This document shows, piece by piece, positions 1 through 8,096 of a DNA stretch of 29,265 bases. Location: contig JBBRRY010000039.1 in the NCBI GenBank assembly GCA_038245905.1, positions 1 to 29,265 on the forward strand, given 5' to 3'. A program made the translations under genes and the position numbers. Positions within the stretch are counted from its first letter, which is position 1. Each line of letters begins with the position of its first letter. The notes under the pieces are model-generated. The model made no database searches. It had not been told where the DNA came from and saw only the letters and a list, made by a program, of their open reading frames with translations. The DNA comes from Thermoanaerobaculia bacterium (GTDB lineage: Bacteria; Acidobacteriota; Thermoanaerobaculia; UBA5066).

Positions 1-140
1 CGAGCTCCTCGGGCGTCATCGTCACAACGAGGTCGGGCTGCTGCTCTCTGTCTCCACGCATCCCAACAAGGTGCTTCCGCACTTCGCTCTCTTCAAGACT
101 TCGAAAGCTAACTCATCCGACTTTTTCAGCAGCCTGCTAG
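1..140 (-). mobile_element. Left end of an IS5/IS1182-type insertion sequence (truncated by the window edge)
   Basis: The minus strand reads CTAG-CAGGCTGCTGAAAAAGTC from 140 inward. This is a typical terminal inverted repeat preceded by a CTAG target site (137-140), just upstream of a transposase-like N-terminus. Confidence 0.75.
2..61 (-). CDS. IS5/IS1182-family transposase, N-terminal fragment (runs off the window)
   Basis: ATG at 61 gives MRGDREQQPDLVVTMTPEEL..., matching the MRG-x-D/E-x-QQ...-x-PE start typical of these transposases. It lies inside the terminal repeat. Confidence 0.7.
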   Translation of the reverse strand, partial: MRGDREQQPDLVVTMTPEEL

Positions 141-173
141 CTCGCCGGCGCGGGTAATGCGCCGCTGCGCGCC

Positions 174-587
174 TCAGAGATCGCGCGGGTAGAGTTTGGG
201 CGAACCCTCGAGCGTCACGGAGCCGAAGTCGCGGACGTCGAGCGTCGCGATCGCATCCGCCTTCAACCTCTCGGCGACCGCCATGACAACCGCGTCGACG
301 AGGCCGAATCGGAGCGCCCGGTGCTTCCGGCAGATCCGCGACGCCTCCACGAGATCGCCCTCGTCGCCGAGGACCACCGCGAATCGCCCTTCGGCGAGGT
401 CTTCAAGGAATTCCTCTTCGACCTTCTGGCCGAGGCGCTTGCCGACGAGGTAGTCCACCTCGGGAAGGATGGCCCATGGAAGAACCCAGGTGTCCGGATC
501 GGCCTCGAAGAGCTTTCGAAGGGCGCGATGATGCCGATCCCGGGAGTCGATGAGCGCGTACACGGCGCCGGTATCGGCGACGATCAT
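174..587 (-). CDS. vapC: PIN-domain ribonuclease toxin (VapC family)
   Basis: 137 aa with the PIN acidic residues: IVADTG, ILPEVDY, GLVDAVV, ATLDVRDF. It overlaps the antitoxin stop by ATGA. Confidence 0.9.
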   Translation of the reverse strand: MIVADTGAVYALIDSRDRHHRALRKLFEADPDTWVLPWAILPEVDYLVGKRLGQKVEEEFLEDLAEGRFAVVLGDEGDLVEASRICRKHRALRFGLVDAVVMAVAERLKADAIATLDVRDFGSVTLEGSPKLYPRDL

Positions 588-817
588 CGGGAACGGCCGA
601 AACCGGCAAGGAGCTCTTCCGCCCGGCTGCCGCCGTCATCGCTCTTTCCCCGTCCGGCCCCGAGACTCTTCGGAAGCCGTCTGCGCCCGTGCCGCCTCGC
701 ATATTCGGAGACGGCTTCCCGGACCAGTTCAGCCGGCGGTCGTCCGGCCTCTCGGGCGATGGCCTTCAGTTTTCGGTAATCGGCCTCGTCCAGATAGACG
801 GTCGTCTTGAGCGACAT
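584..817 (-). CDS. vapB: CopG/ribbon-helix-helix antitoxin (VapB-like)
   Basis: 77 aa with KTTVYLDEADYRKLKAIAREAGRPPAELVREAV, an RHH pattern. It is directly upstream of and coupled to the PIN gene. Confidence 0.85.
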   Translation of the reverse strand: MSLKTTVYLDEADYRKLKAIAREAGRPPAELVREAVSEYARRHGRRRLPKSLGAGRGKSDDGGSRAEELLAGFGRSR

Positions 818-830
818 ATGGTAACCATAT
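816..830. promoter_or_regulatory. Palindromic operator and -10 box of vapBC (likely leaderless)
   Basis: Perfect inverted repeat ATATGGT-A-ACCATAT overlapping the start codon. The minus-strand TATGGT (829-824) sits 6 nt before ATG and there is no SD. Confidence 0.65.
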
Positions 831-848
831 ACGGCTCAGGGTAGGCCG

Positions 849-2411
849 TCAAGACGGCCGCTTCCGCCGCAGCGCGCCGAGGACCTCGCTCACCTCCGGC
901 GCGCGAAGCGCCATCGCGAACGCCAGGAACGACGCGGTCCCCAGCGCCGCGACGGCCGCGACCCAGCCGATCCGGAATGGGAGATTCCAGATCATCCGGT
1001 AAGGCACGAGCTTCGCCGACACCGCCCAGACGACCGCACCCATCGCGGCGCTCGCGAGTACGAGTCGGAAGAGGGACGCGAAAACAGCGCGCCCGCCCAT
1101 TCCGCCCAGCCTCTTCCGGAGAACGGCGAGGAGCACGAGAAAGTTGATCCAGAACCCCGCCGCCGTCGCGAGCGCGACCCCCGCGTGCTGCATCGGCCCG
1201 GCGAGCGTCACGCAAAGAACCCAGAACACGGCGAGGTCGAACGTCGCGACAAGGACGGGCGTCCGCGTGTCGTGGAGCGCGTAGAACGCCTGCGTAAGGA
1301 TCTTCACGCCCGCGGCGGCGAAGAGCCCCAACGCGAAGAACCCGACGGCGAGCGCCGTCTTGTCGACGTCCTCGGTCCCAAAACGCCCGCGTCGAAACAC
1401 GACGTCGATGAGCGGAGTCGCGAGCAGCGTGAGCCCGACCGTCGAGGGGATCGTGATGAACCCGATGAGACGGAGGGCAAAGCCGATCGTGCCGCGATAC
1501 GCCTTCCGATCCTTCTCGAGCGCCTGGTCGGACAGTGAAGGCAGGATCGCGCGGGTGATCGAGACCACGAATCCCCCGAGGACGAAGTCCGTGACGCGCC
1601 ACGCGCAGAAGTTGTACGTCACGAAGGCGTCCCCGAGGGCCGCGAGCGTCCGGGTCGACACGACGAAGGAGAGCTGTCCGACGCCGAAGCCATAGAGCCG
1701 GGGCGCTATCTGGAGCGCCGTGCGCTTCACCTCCGCGTCGCGGAACGGCGAGCCGGAAAACCTGAGGCCGAGACGCCGCACGGCCGGCCCCTGAAGCGCG
1801 ACCTGGAGGCCCCCTCCGACGAGGACGCCCACCGTGAGCGCCGCAACCGGCGAAACGCCGGCGGGCGCGAGGGCCCACGCGGCCGCGACGATCGCGAGAT
1901 TCCACGCGATGGGCGTCGCCGCCGAAAGCTGAAAGAAGCCCTTGGAATTCAGGAAAGCCTCGAGCAGCGCGGCCACGGAGACGAGCAGAACGTACGGGAA
2001 CATCCAACGCGTCAGCCGGACGGTCAGCTCGAACTTTCCCGGCGTGGCCTTAAAGCCGTTCGCGAAGAGCGCAACGACGGGATCAGCGAAGGCGATTCCG
2101 AGCGTCACGATGCCTACAAGGACGCAGACCAGGAGGACGAGAACGCGACCCGCGTAGACCCCCTCCTGGCCCGGCCGCTCACGCTCGACCTTCCTGGCCA
2201 TCGGGACGAACGCGCCCGGCAGACCGCCCTCGCCCACGATCGCCCGGAAGGTGTTCGGGATGCGAAACGCCGTGTAGAACGCGTCCGACAGGGCCGAGGC
2301 ACCGAGAAAACGCGCGATGGTCGCGTCCCTGAGGACACCCGCCAGACGGGAGACCGCCGTCCACGCGGTGATACCCCAGGCCGACCGGACCAGTTTCCGC
2401 GTGTCGCTCAA
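849..2411 (-). CDS. murJ: Lipid II flippase MurJ (MviN)
   Basis: Motifs SRLAGVLRD, DAFYTAFRIPNTFR...GEG and AFYALHDTRTP, with many TM segments. The start is placed at TTG 2411; the ORF-track extension to 2618 overlaps ssb antisense. Confidence 0.93.
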   Translation of the reverse strand: MSDTRKLVRSAWGITAWTAVSRLAGVLRDATIARFLGASALSDAFYTAFRIPNTFRAIVGEGGLPGAFVPMARKVERERPGQEGVYAGRVLVLLVCVLVGIVTLGIAFADPVVALFANGFKATPGKFELTVRLTRWMFPYVLLVSVAALLEAFLNSKGFFQLSAATPIAWNLAIVAAAWALAPAGVSPVAALTVGVLVGGGLQVALQGPAVRRLGLRFSGSPFRDAEVKRTALQIAPRLYGFGVGQLSFVVSTRTLAALGDAFVTYNFCAWRVTDFVLGGFVVSITRAILPSLSDQALEKDRKAYRGTIGFALRLIGFITIPSTVGLTLLATPLIDVVFRRGRFGTEDVDKTALAVGFFALGLFAAAGVKILTQAFYALHDTRTPVLVATFDLAVFWVLCVTLAGPMQHAGVALATAAGFWINFLVLLAVLRKRLGGMGGRAVFASLFRLVLASAAMGAVVWAVSAKLVPYRMIWNLPFRIGWVAAVAALGTASFLAFAMALRAPEVSEVLGALRRKRPS

Positions 2412-2420
2412 ACCGGACCG

Positions 2421-2430
2421 ATTGTAGGAT
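2421..2430. promoter_or_regulatory. Overlapping divergent -10 boxes for murJ and ssb
   Basis: ATTGTAGGAT contains TAGGAT on + (2425-2430) and TACAAT on - (2426-2421), in a 42-nt divergent intergenic gap. Confidence 0.55.
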
Positions 2431-2453
2431 CCAGGGCGATCGGAGGAGATTCC

Positions 2454-2888
2454 ATGGCTGGATCCGTGAACAAGGTCATCCTCATCGGACACCTCGGGGC
2501 CGACCCGGAGATGCGCGCGACGACGGGCGGCGTGCCCATCGCGCGCCTGCGTATTGCCACGACGGAAACGTGGAACGACCGCGCCAGCGGGCAGAAACAG
2601 GAAAAGACCGAGTGGCACACCGTCGTCGCGTTCGACAAGCTCGCGAGCATCTGCGAGCGCTATCTGTCCAAGGGCCGCCTCGTCTACATCGAGGGCGCGC
2701 TCCAGACGCGCACCTGGGACGACAAGGAGTCGGGCCAGAAGCGCTACGCCACCGAGATCAAGGCCCGCGACATGAAGATGCTCGGCGGGCGCCCGGACGG
2801 CGCCGGCGCCTCGGGGGCCTCGGGTCCGGCGGTTCCGGATGCGGCCGCGGACAGCGGCGGCGACGCGGACGACGACGTGCCGTTCTAG
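2454..2888 (+). CDS. ssb: Single-stranded DNA-binding protein
   Basis: SVNKVILIGHLGADPE, TEWH, KGRLVYIEG and the C-terminal DDDVPF tail. SD GGAGGAG at 2442-2448. Confidence 0.98.
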   Translation: MAGSVNKVILIGHLGADPEMRATTGGVPIARLRIATTETWNDRASGQKQEKTEWHTVVAFDKLASICERYLSKGRLVYIEGALQTRTWDDKESGQKRYATEIKARDMKMLGGRPDGAGASGASGPAVPDAAADSGGDADDDVPF

Positions 2889-2912
2889 GAAGAGAGGAAA
2901 AGAAAAGATTGC

Positions 2913-3992
2913 CTAGAAGGTGAAGAGGGGGTCTCGCTTGGGTCTGGGCTTCCTGAGCAGCTCGCTGAAGGCGATAGCCTCTTCCGCCAGCTTCGCCCAG
3001 GCGTTTTCCGTGAACTTCGGCCGCGGCGCGTCCGCGACGCGGCGTCTGAGAGCGGCGAAGCGGGCCTCGCGCGGCACGTCGTCGCCGAGCGCGGCGACCC
3101 GGGCCGCGCACGCCTCCCACATTTCCATTCCGGCGGACACGAGGAGCGCGTCGCACCCGGCCCGGGCCGCGCGCTCCGCCCGCTCGGGCAGCGTCCCGTC
3201 GAGCGCGCCCTTGACGAGATCGTCGGCGAGCGAAACGCCCTCGAAGCGCACAGGCCCGCGCAGGACCGAGAGCAGCTTCGGCGAGAAAGACGCCGGCGTG
3301 TCGTCTCCCGTGAAGCCCGGATAGGCGCCGTGCCCGACCACGACGCACTCCGCGCCCCGCGCAAGCTTCGTGAAAGGCGCCACGTCCGTGACCATGAGGT
3401 CCACGTCGTGCGCGTCGATCACGGGCCGCGAGAGACGTGTGTCCGCGCTGGCCCGCCCGAGCCCCGGGAAGTGCTTCACCCCGGCCGCGAGGCCCGCGCG
3501 CGCCAGACCGTGAAGGAACATCATCCCCGAGAGCACGACGTCCTCGGCGTGAAATCCGAAGCACCGCCCCTCGAGGATGACGGCTCCGGTTCCCGGCTGC
3601 GCGAGGTCGAGCCCGGGCGCGAGATCCACGTCGAAACCGAGGAGTCGCCCCGTGCGCCCCATCAGGTAAGCACACTCGTGCACGCGGTCCGTGCCGGCCG
3701 CCGCGCACGCCGCCGGCGAGGCAGACGGCGTCCCGAGGAGCGGGCCGAGGGGATCTTCGCTCCCGCCTTCCTGGGAGATGAAGAGGAGGGGCGCGGGAGA
3801 GGCGGGAGAGGCGGGAGAGAAGAGCCCTCGCAACGCCTCCAGCAGCGAAGCAGACTGAGATGGTGTTAGAAGATTTTGCTTAGAAAGGAAGATGCCGAGA
3901 GGCCGTAGTGCGACGAGCAGCGCCTGCTCCTCGGCGGACACCGAGGGACCAGCGAGCCCAAACACGAAGCGCGACCCGGATGCGGCAGCCAT
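2913..3992 (-). CDS. nagZ: GH3 beta-N-acetylhexosaminidase (NagZ)-like protein with degenerate active site
   Basis: QEGG, LGFDVDLAP, KHFPGLG, FEGVSLADDL and AGCDALL match NagZ, but several catalytic or substrate-binding residues are changed (see findings). Confidence 0.8.
   Translation of the reverse strand: MAAASGSRFVFGLAGPSVSAEEQALLVALRPLGIFLSKQNLLTPSQSASLLEALRGLFSPASPASPAPLLFISQEGGSEDPLGPLLGTPSASPAACAAAGTDRVHECAYLMGRTGRLLGFDVDLAPGLDLAQPGTGAVILEGRCFGFHAEDVVLSGMMFLHGLARAGLAAGVKHFPGLGRASADTRLSRPVIDAHDVDLMVTDVAPFTKLARGAECVVVGHGAYPGFTGDDTPASFSPKLLSVLRGPVRFEGVSLADDLVKGALDGTLPERAERAARAGCDALLVSAGMEMWEACAARVAALGDDVPREARFAALRRRVADAPRPKFTENAWAKLAEEAIAFSELLRKPRPKRDPLFTF
3793..3819. repeat. 9-bp tandem repeat x3 (GCGGGAGAG) inside the nagZ-like gene
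   Basis: Three exact copies, encoding SPA-SPA-SPA in frame. Confidence 0.85.
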
Positions 3993-4075
3993 TCTCTTCT
4001 TCTATTACCTTCTAAGAAATCTTTCTTCTCTTTCTTCTCTTCTCTTCCTCCGAAGCAAGGATTCTCTCTTTCTCT
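3993..4075. repeat. Low-complexity CT/AG tract between mutS and the nagZ-like gene
   Basis: About 83 nt dominated by (TCT/CTT)n, in sharp contrast to the GC-rich surroundings. Confidence 0.8.
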
Positions 4076-6703
4076 TCATTCTTCCCCGCGCAGGCGATGC
4101 TGGAGCGAGGCGAGGAGCTGCAGGGCGGCCAGCGGCGTCAAGGCGTCGACGTCGACGCGCCCGATCGCGTCGAGAACGAGCTCGCCCTGCCCGCGGAAGA
4201 GGTCGAGCTGCGCGTCCCTCAGAGCGGGCTCGCCCGCGTGTTCGGCGAGACGGGGACGCCCGCCGACGTCCATCTGCTGCCTCTCGAGGTTGCCGAGGAT
4301 CTCGCGCGCGCGGACGAGCACGGTTTCCGGAATTCCCGCGAGGCGCGCGACCTGCACGCCGTAGGAGCGATCGGCGGTGCCGTCGGCGACCTTGCGAAGG
4401 AAGACGACCTCGCCGTTCCACTCCTTCGCGGTCATCGTGCGGTTCTTGACGCCGGACTTCACGAGCGCCATCTCGGTCAGCTCGTGGTAGTGCGTCGCGA
4501 AGAGGACGCGCCTGATGCCGGTGTCGTGGAGGTGCTCGGCGATGGCCCAGGCGAGGGAGAGTCCGTCGAATGTCGAGGTGCCGCGCCCGATCTCGTCGAG
4601 GATGACGAGACTGTGCGCCGTCGCGTGCAAGAGGATGTGCGCCGTCTCGGCCATCTCGACGAGGAACGTCGATTCGCCGCGCACGAGAGAGTCCGAGGCG
4701 CCGACGCGCGTGAAGATACGGTCCGTAAGGCCGATCGTGGCCGCCGCCGCCGGCACGTACGAGCCGGCGTGCGCGAGAAGAACGAGGAGGGCGTTCTGTC
4801 TCAGGTAGGTCGACTTGCCGCCCATGTTCGGGCCGGTGAGCACCACGAGATGCTCGCCGTCCCCCCCCAGCATCGTGTCGTTCGGGATGAACGCTTCGCG
4901 GGGGCGCAGGGCTTCGACGACCGGATGGCGGCCGCCGTCGACGACCAGGAGGGGCTCGTCGACGATCCCGGGCCGGACCCAGCCGGCGGCCCGGGACACG
5001 CGCGCGAGGGAGACGAGCGCGTCCAGAAGGCCGAGCCGGCCGCACGCGGCGAGGATGCGCGACGAGTCCGCCACGATCTCCGCCACGAGGGAGAGAAACA
5101 GATCCTGCTCGCGCGCGGCCAACCGCGCGTCCGCGGAACGCAGCTTCTCGTCCACGAGAACGAGCTCGGGCGTCGCGTAGCGCTCGACGTTCGCGAGCGT
5201 CTGCCGCTTGAGGGCGTCCTCCGGGATGCGCGCGCGGGCCGAGCCCGGCACTTCGAAGACGTGACCGAACACCTGGTTGAACTTGACGCGGAGCGTCGGA
5301 ATGCCGCGGAGCACGCGCTCCCCGGCCTCGACGCGCGCGAGGATCGCCGCGGACTCCTTGCGCAGCGTCCGCACGTCGTCCACGGCGGCGTCCACGCCGT
5401 CGCGAAAGATCCCGCCGTCCCGCGCGGTCTGGGGCGGCTCCGGCACGACGCGCGACACGATCATTTCCCCGAGAGCGAATGGCACGCCGTCCGGCGAGGC
5501 GTCCCCGCCAGGCGCGAGAAGCGCGGCACGGGGCGCCGCGAGGCTGGCCGCGAGGCGTCCTGCGCGCACGAGCCCGCTCCCAAGCAGGGCCGCGTCGCGC
5601 GGTGATCCGGCGCCGACCGCGAGGCGCGCGAGGAGGCGCGGCAGGTCTGGTATCTCGCGGAAGGCCGAGGCGAGGCTCTCGAGGCGTGCTCCATCCTCCT
5701 GCAGCTCTTCGACGGCGTCGAGCCGCGCCTCGATCCCGGCGCGCCGGCCGAGCGGCCGTTCGACGAGCCGGCGAAGCGTTCGCGCGCCGAACGACGTGCC
5801 CGTCCTGTCGAGCAGAGAGAACAACGTTCCTTTCGGACCGCCGTCCCTCGCCGAGCGAAAGAGCTCGAGATGCCCGGCCGTCACGGCGTCGACGACGAGA
5901 CCTTCCTCGGGAGATTCGGAGCGGAGGGAACGCACGTGGTCGCAATCGGCGCGCTGCGTCGTCCTCGCGTACGACAGGAGCGCCGCGGCCGCATCCACCG
6001 CGCCGCCGGCGCCCGAAAGACCAAACGGCTCGACAGTCGCCGTGCGGAAGTGTCTCTTGAGGAGCTCCACAGCTCCGGTTCCGCGCGGAGAGTCGTCCTT
6101 GAGCGGCGAGAGCGTGGGGGCTTCGGCCCCCGACGACACGAGGGCGGCCACGAGAGACTCGGCGAGAGCAAGGTCGGAGGGAAAGACGACGAGCTCCCTG
6201 GGCATCCGGCGCAGGAGCCACTCCGCGACGGCCGCGCGCTCGGGCAGCTTCACGACCGCGAAATCGCCCGTCGAGAGGTCGAGTGTCGAGACCGCGGCGC
6301 CGTCCCCGCTCCACGTCACGGCCGCCATCTCGTTCGGGCAGCGCGCGTCGAGCCGCTCCGGATCCACGATCGTCCCGGGCGTGACGATGCGGACGATCTT
6401 CCGCGCGACGAGGGCACGGCCCTTCGACGCAGCCTCCGTCTGCTCGCTGATCGCGACCTTCTTCCCCGCCGCGATCAGCCGCGCGAGGTAAGGCTCGAGA
6501 GCATGCTGGGGAATGCCGCACATCGGCGCCTCGACGTCGCTGTCCTTGTGCCGCGCGGTCAGGACGAGGCCGAGAAGCGGCGCCGCATACGCCGCGTCCT
6601 CGAAGAACATCTCGTAAAAGTCTCCAAGGCGGTAGAGGAGAAGCGCGTCGCCCGCCTCCCGCTTGAGAGCCCAGTACTGCTCGAGCATGGGCGTCGCGCG
6701 CAT
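4076..6703 (-). CDS. mutS: DNA mismatch repair protein MutS
   Basis: TPMLEQY, GDFYEMF mismatch-binding motif, Walker A TGPNMGGKSTY, GESTFLVEM, DEIGRGTST, FATHYHEL and SYGVQVA. 875 aa. Confidence 0.98.
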   Translation of the reverse strand: MRATPMLEQYWALKREAGDALLLYRLGDFYEMFFEDAAYAAPLLGLVLTARHKDSDVEAPMCGIPQHALEPYLARLIAAGKKVAISEQTEAASKGRALVARKIVRIVTPGTIVDPERLDARCPNEMAAVTWSGDGAAVSTLDLSTGDFAVVKLPERAAVAEWLLRRMPRELVVFPSDLALAESLVAALVSSGAEAPTLSPLKDDSPRGTGAVELLKRHFRTATVEPFGLSGAGGAVDAAAALLSYARTTQRADCDHVRSLRSESPEEGLVVDAVTAGHLELFRSARDGGPKGTLFSLLDRTGTSFGARTLRRLVERPLGRRAGIEARLDAVEELQEDGARLESLASAFREIPDLPRLLARLAVGAGSPRDAALLGSGLVRAGRLAASLAAPRAALLAPGGDASPDGVPFALGEMIVSRVVPEPPQTARDGGIFRDGVDAAVDDVRTLRKESAAILARVEAGERVLRGIPTLRVKFNQVFGHVFEVPGSARARIPEDALKRQTLANVERYATPELVLVDEKLRSADARLAAREQDLFLSLVAEIVADSSRILAACGRLGLLDALVSLARVSRAAGWVRPGIVDEPLLVVDGGRHPVVEALRPREAFIPNDTMLGGDGEHLVVLTGPNMGGKSTYLRQNALLVLLAHAGSYVPAAAATIGLTDRIFTRVGASDSLVRGESTFLVEMAETAHILLHATAHSLVILDEIGRGTSTFDGLSLAWAIAEHLHDTGIRRVLFATHYHELTEMALVKSGVKNRTMTAKEWNGEVVFLRKVADGTADRSYGVQVARLAGIPETVLVRAREILGNLERQQMDVGGRPRLAEHAGEPALRDAQLDLFRGQGELVLDAIGRVDVDALTPLAALQLLASLQHRLRGEE

Positions 6704-6715
6704 ATGGAGCCGGGA

Positions 6716-6725
6716 ATGCTAGCAT
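6716..6725. promoter_or_regulatory. Symmetric bidirectional -10 (mutS / tsaB)
   Basis: The perfect palindrome ATGCTAGCAT gives TAGCAT on both strands in a 38-nt divergent gap. Confidence 0.6.
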
Positions 6726-6741
6726 CGAGGGGACGCCGCGG

Positions 6742-7323
6742 ATGCGCATCCTCTCGATCGACACGGCCTCCCCCTTCCCAACGCTGGCCATCCGCGACGG
6801 TGATCGCGCGGGGATGTCACGGGCCTTGTCGCAGGGCGCTGCGGAGAGCCTCCCTCTTGCGGTCACCGCCCTTCTCGCCGAGACGGGCCTGACGGTCCGG
6901 GATCTCGACCGCGTCGCGGTCGTCGCGGGGCCCGGATCCTTCACGGGACTCCGCGCGGGACTCGCCTTCGCGCGCGGCCTCGCGCGGGCGCGCGGCATCC
7001 CGCTCATCCTCGTCCAGACTTTTGCGGCCGCCCACGAGGCCATCCCGGAGCCCGCGAACGCCCTCCTCGTCCTCGACGCCGGCCGCGGCGACGTGCACGC
7101 GGCTCCGCGGACGGAGAACGCCGTTCTCGATGCGGGGCCCCCGCGTCCCCGGCCCGAAGTGGAGGCCGCCGCCTTCGCGCGCGGAATCTCCATCCTCGAT
7201 CTCGGCCTTCTGGGCCTGCCTCTCGCGGCAGCCGCCGCGCGCGTCGCCGCCCGGGACGAGACGACGGTGCGGTCCATCGTGTACGGTAGGCCGAGCGCCG
7301 CCGAAGAAAAGCGGGCCGTGTGA
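6742..7323 (+). CDS. tsaB: tRNA t6A biosynthesis protein TsaB (YeaZ)
   Basis: ILSIDTA, VVAGPGSFTGLRAG and LDAGRGDV, followed by rimI. Confidence 0.93.
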   Translation: MRILSIDTASPFPTLAIRDGDRAGMSRALSQGAAESLPLAVTALLAETGLTVRDLDRVAVVAGPGSFTGLRAGLAFARGLARARGIPLILVQTFAAAHEAIPEPANALLVLDAGRGDVHAAPRTENAVLDAGPPRPRPEVEAAAFARGISILDLGLLGLPLAAAAARVAARDETTVRSIVYGRPSAAEEKRAV

Positions 7324-7826
7324 GCGCCCTCCCAGAGCCATTTACGCTTCGGGACGCGCGCCACGTCGACCTCGACGCCGTCGCGGTCCTCGAGACCCTT
7401 TCGTTCCCCGTCCCGTGGAAACGGGAGTATTTCGAGGTCGAGGTCGGAGCTCCATGGCGCTTCAACCGCATCGCGTTATCGCGCGGCTCCCTCGCGGGCT
7501 ACGTCTTCTGCGCGTTCGCGGGAGGCGAGGTGCACGTCAACAAGATCGCGGTCGCGCCGGACTCTCGCCGCCAGGGTGTGGCGTCGGCGCTCATGGACGA
7601 GGTTTTCGCGTTCTCGGCCCGCGTGCAAGCCGAGGAGATCTTCCTCGAGGTCCGGTTTTCGAACAGGCCGGCCCGGATGTTTTATGCGGGGCTGGGGTTC
7701 CTCGAGGCGGGGCGCAGGGGGCGTTACTACCTCGATGGCGAGGATGCTCTCGTGATGGTCCGGAAGATGGTCGGTCCGAGACGCCTTGACGACCCCCCGG
7801 CGATGAAGGGAGACTCCGGTCGTTGA
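7320..7826 (+). CDS. rimI: Ribosomal protein S18 N-acetyltransferase RimI
   Basis: GNAT: SFPVPW, HVNKIAVAPDSRRQGVA, FLEVRFSN, RRGRYYLDGEDA. GTGA overlap with tsaB. Confidence 0.92.
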   Translation: MSALPEPFTLRDARHVDLDAVAVLETLSFPVPWKREYFEVEVGAPWRFNRIALSRGSLAGYVFCAFAGGEVHVNKIAVAPDSRRQGVASALMDEVFAFSARVQAEEIFLEVRFSNRPARMFYAGLGFLEAGRRGRYYLDGEDALVMVRKMVGPRRLDDPPAMKGDSGR

Positions 7827-7852
7827 TCCATATTCACCAGGAGGAGGTGGCG

Positions 7853-8089
7853 ATGCAGACCTTGACGGAGGAGACCAAGCACGAGCTCGAGAGCCAGAAC
7901 GAGGAATTTCGTTCCCTTCTGCGTGATCATCACGATCACGAGAAGCGGCTCGCCGAGCTCGCCTCCAAGACGTTTCTTTCCACGGACGAGGAAATCGAAG
8001 AGAAGCGCTTGAAGAAGCACAAGCTCCATTTGAAGGACCGGATGGAAGAGATCGTGCGCGAGTATCGCGCGCGCGTCTCGGCCCACTAG
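7853..8089 (+). CDS. DUF465/YdcH-like small coiled-coil protein
   Basis: EFRSLLRDHHDHEKRL...EEKRLKKHKLHLKDRM. Strong SD AGGAGGAGGT before ATG 7853. Confidence 0.8.
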   Translation: MQTLTEETKHELESQNEEFRSLLRDHHDHEKRLAELASKTFLSTDEEIEEKRLKKHKLHLKDRMEEIVREYRARVSAH

Positions 8090-8096
8090 GCCGCCC

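Noticed and set aside
2885-2916. CTAG direct repeats around the purine tract as an IS footprint
   Set aside because: Both CTAGs arise from Phe-TAG ends of the convergent ssb and nagZ-like genes, and no terminal repeat lies between them.
3793-3819. 9-bp repeat as a phase-variation switch
   Set aside because: The unit is a multiple of three, so copy-number change would not shift the frame.
4005-4079. Small basic ribosomal protein (bS22-like) identity for the 24-aa peptide
   Set aside because: Only compositional similarity. It is Glu-rich and explained by the AG tract.
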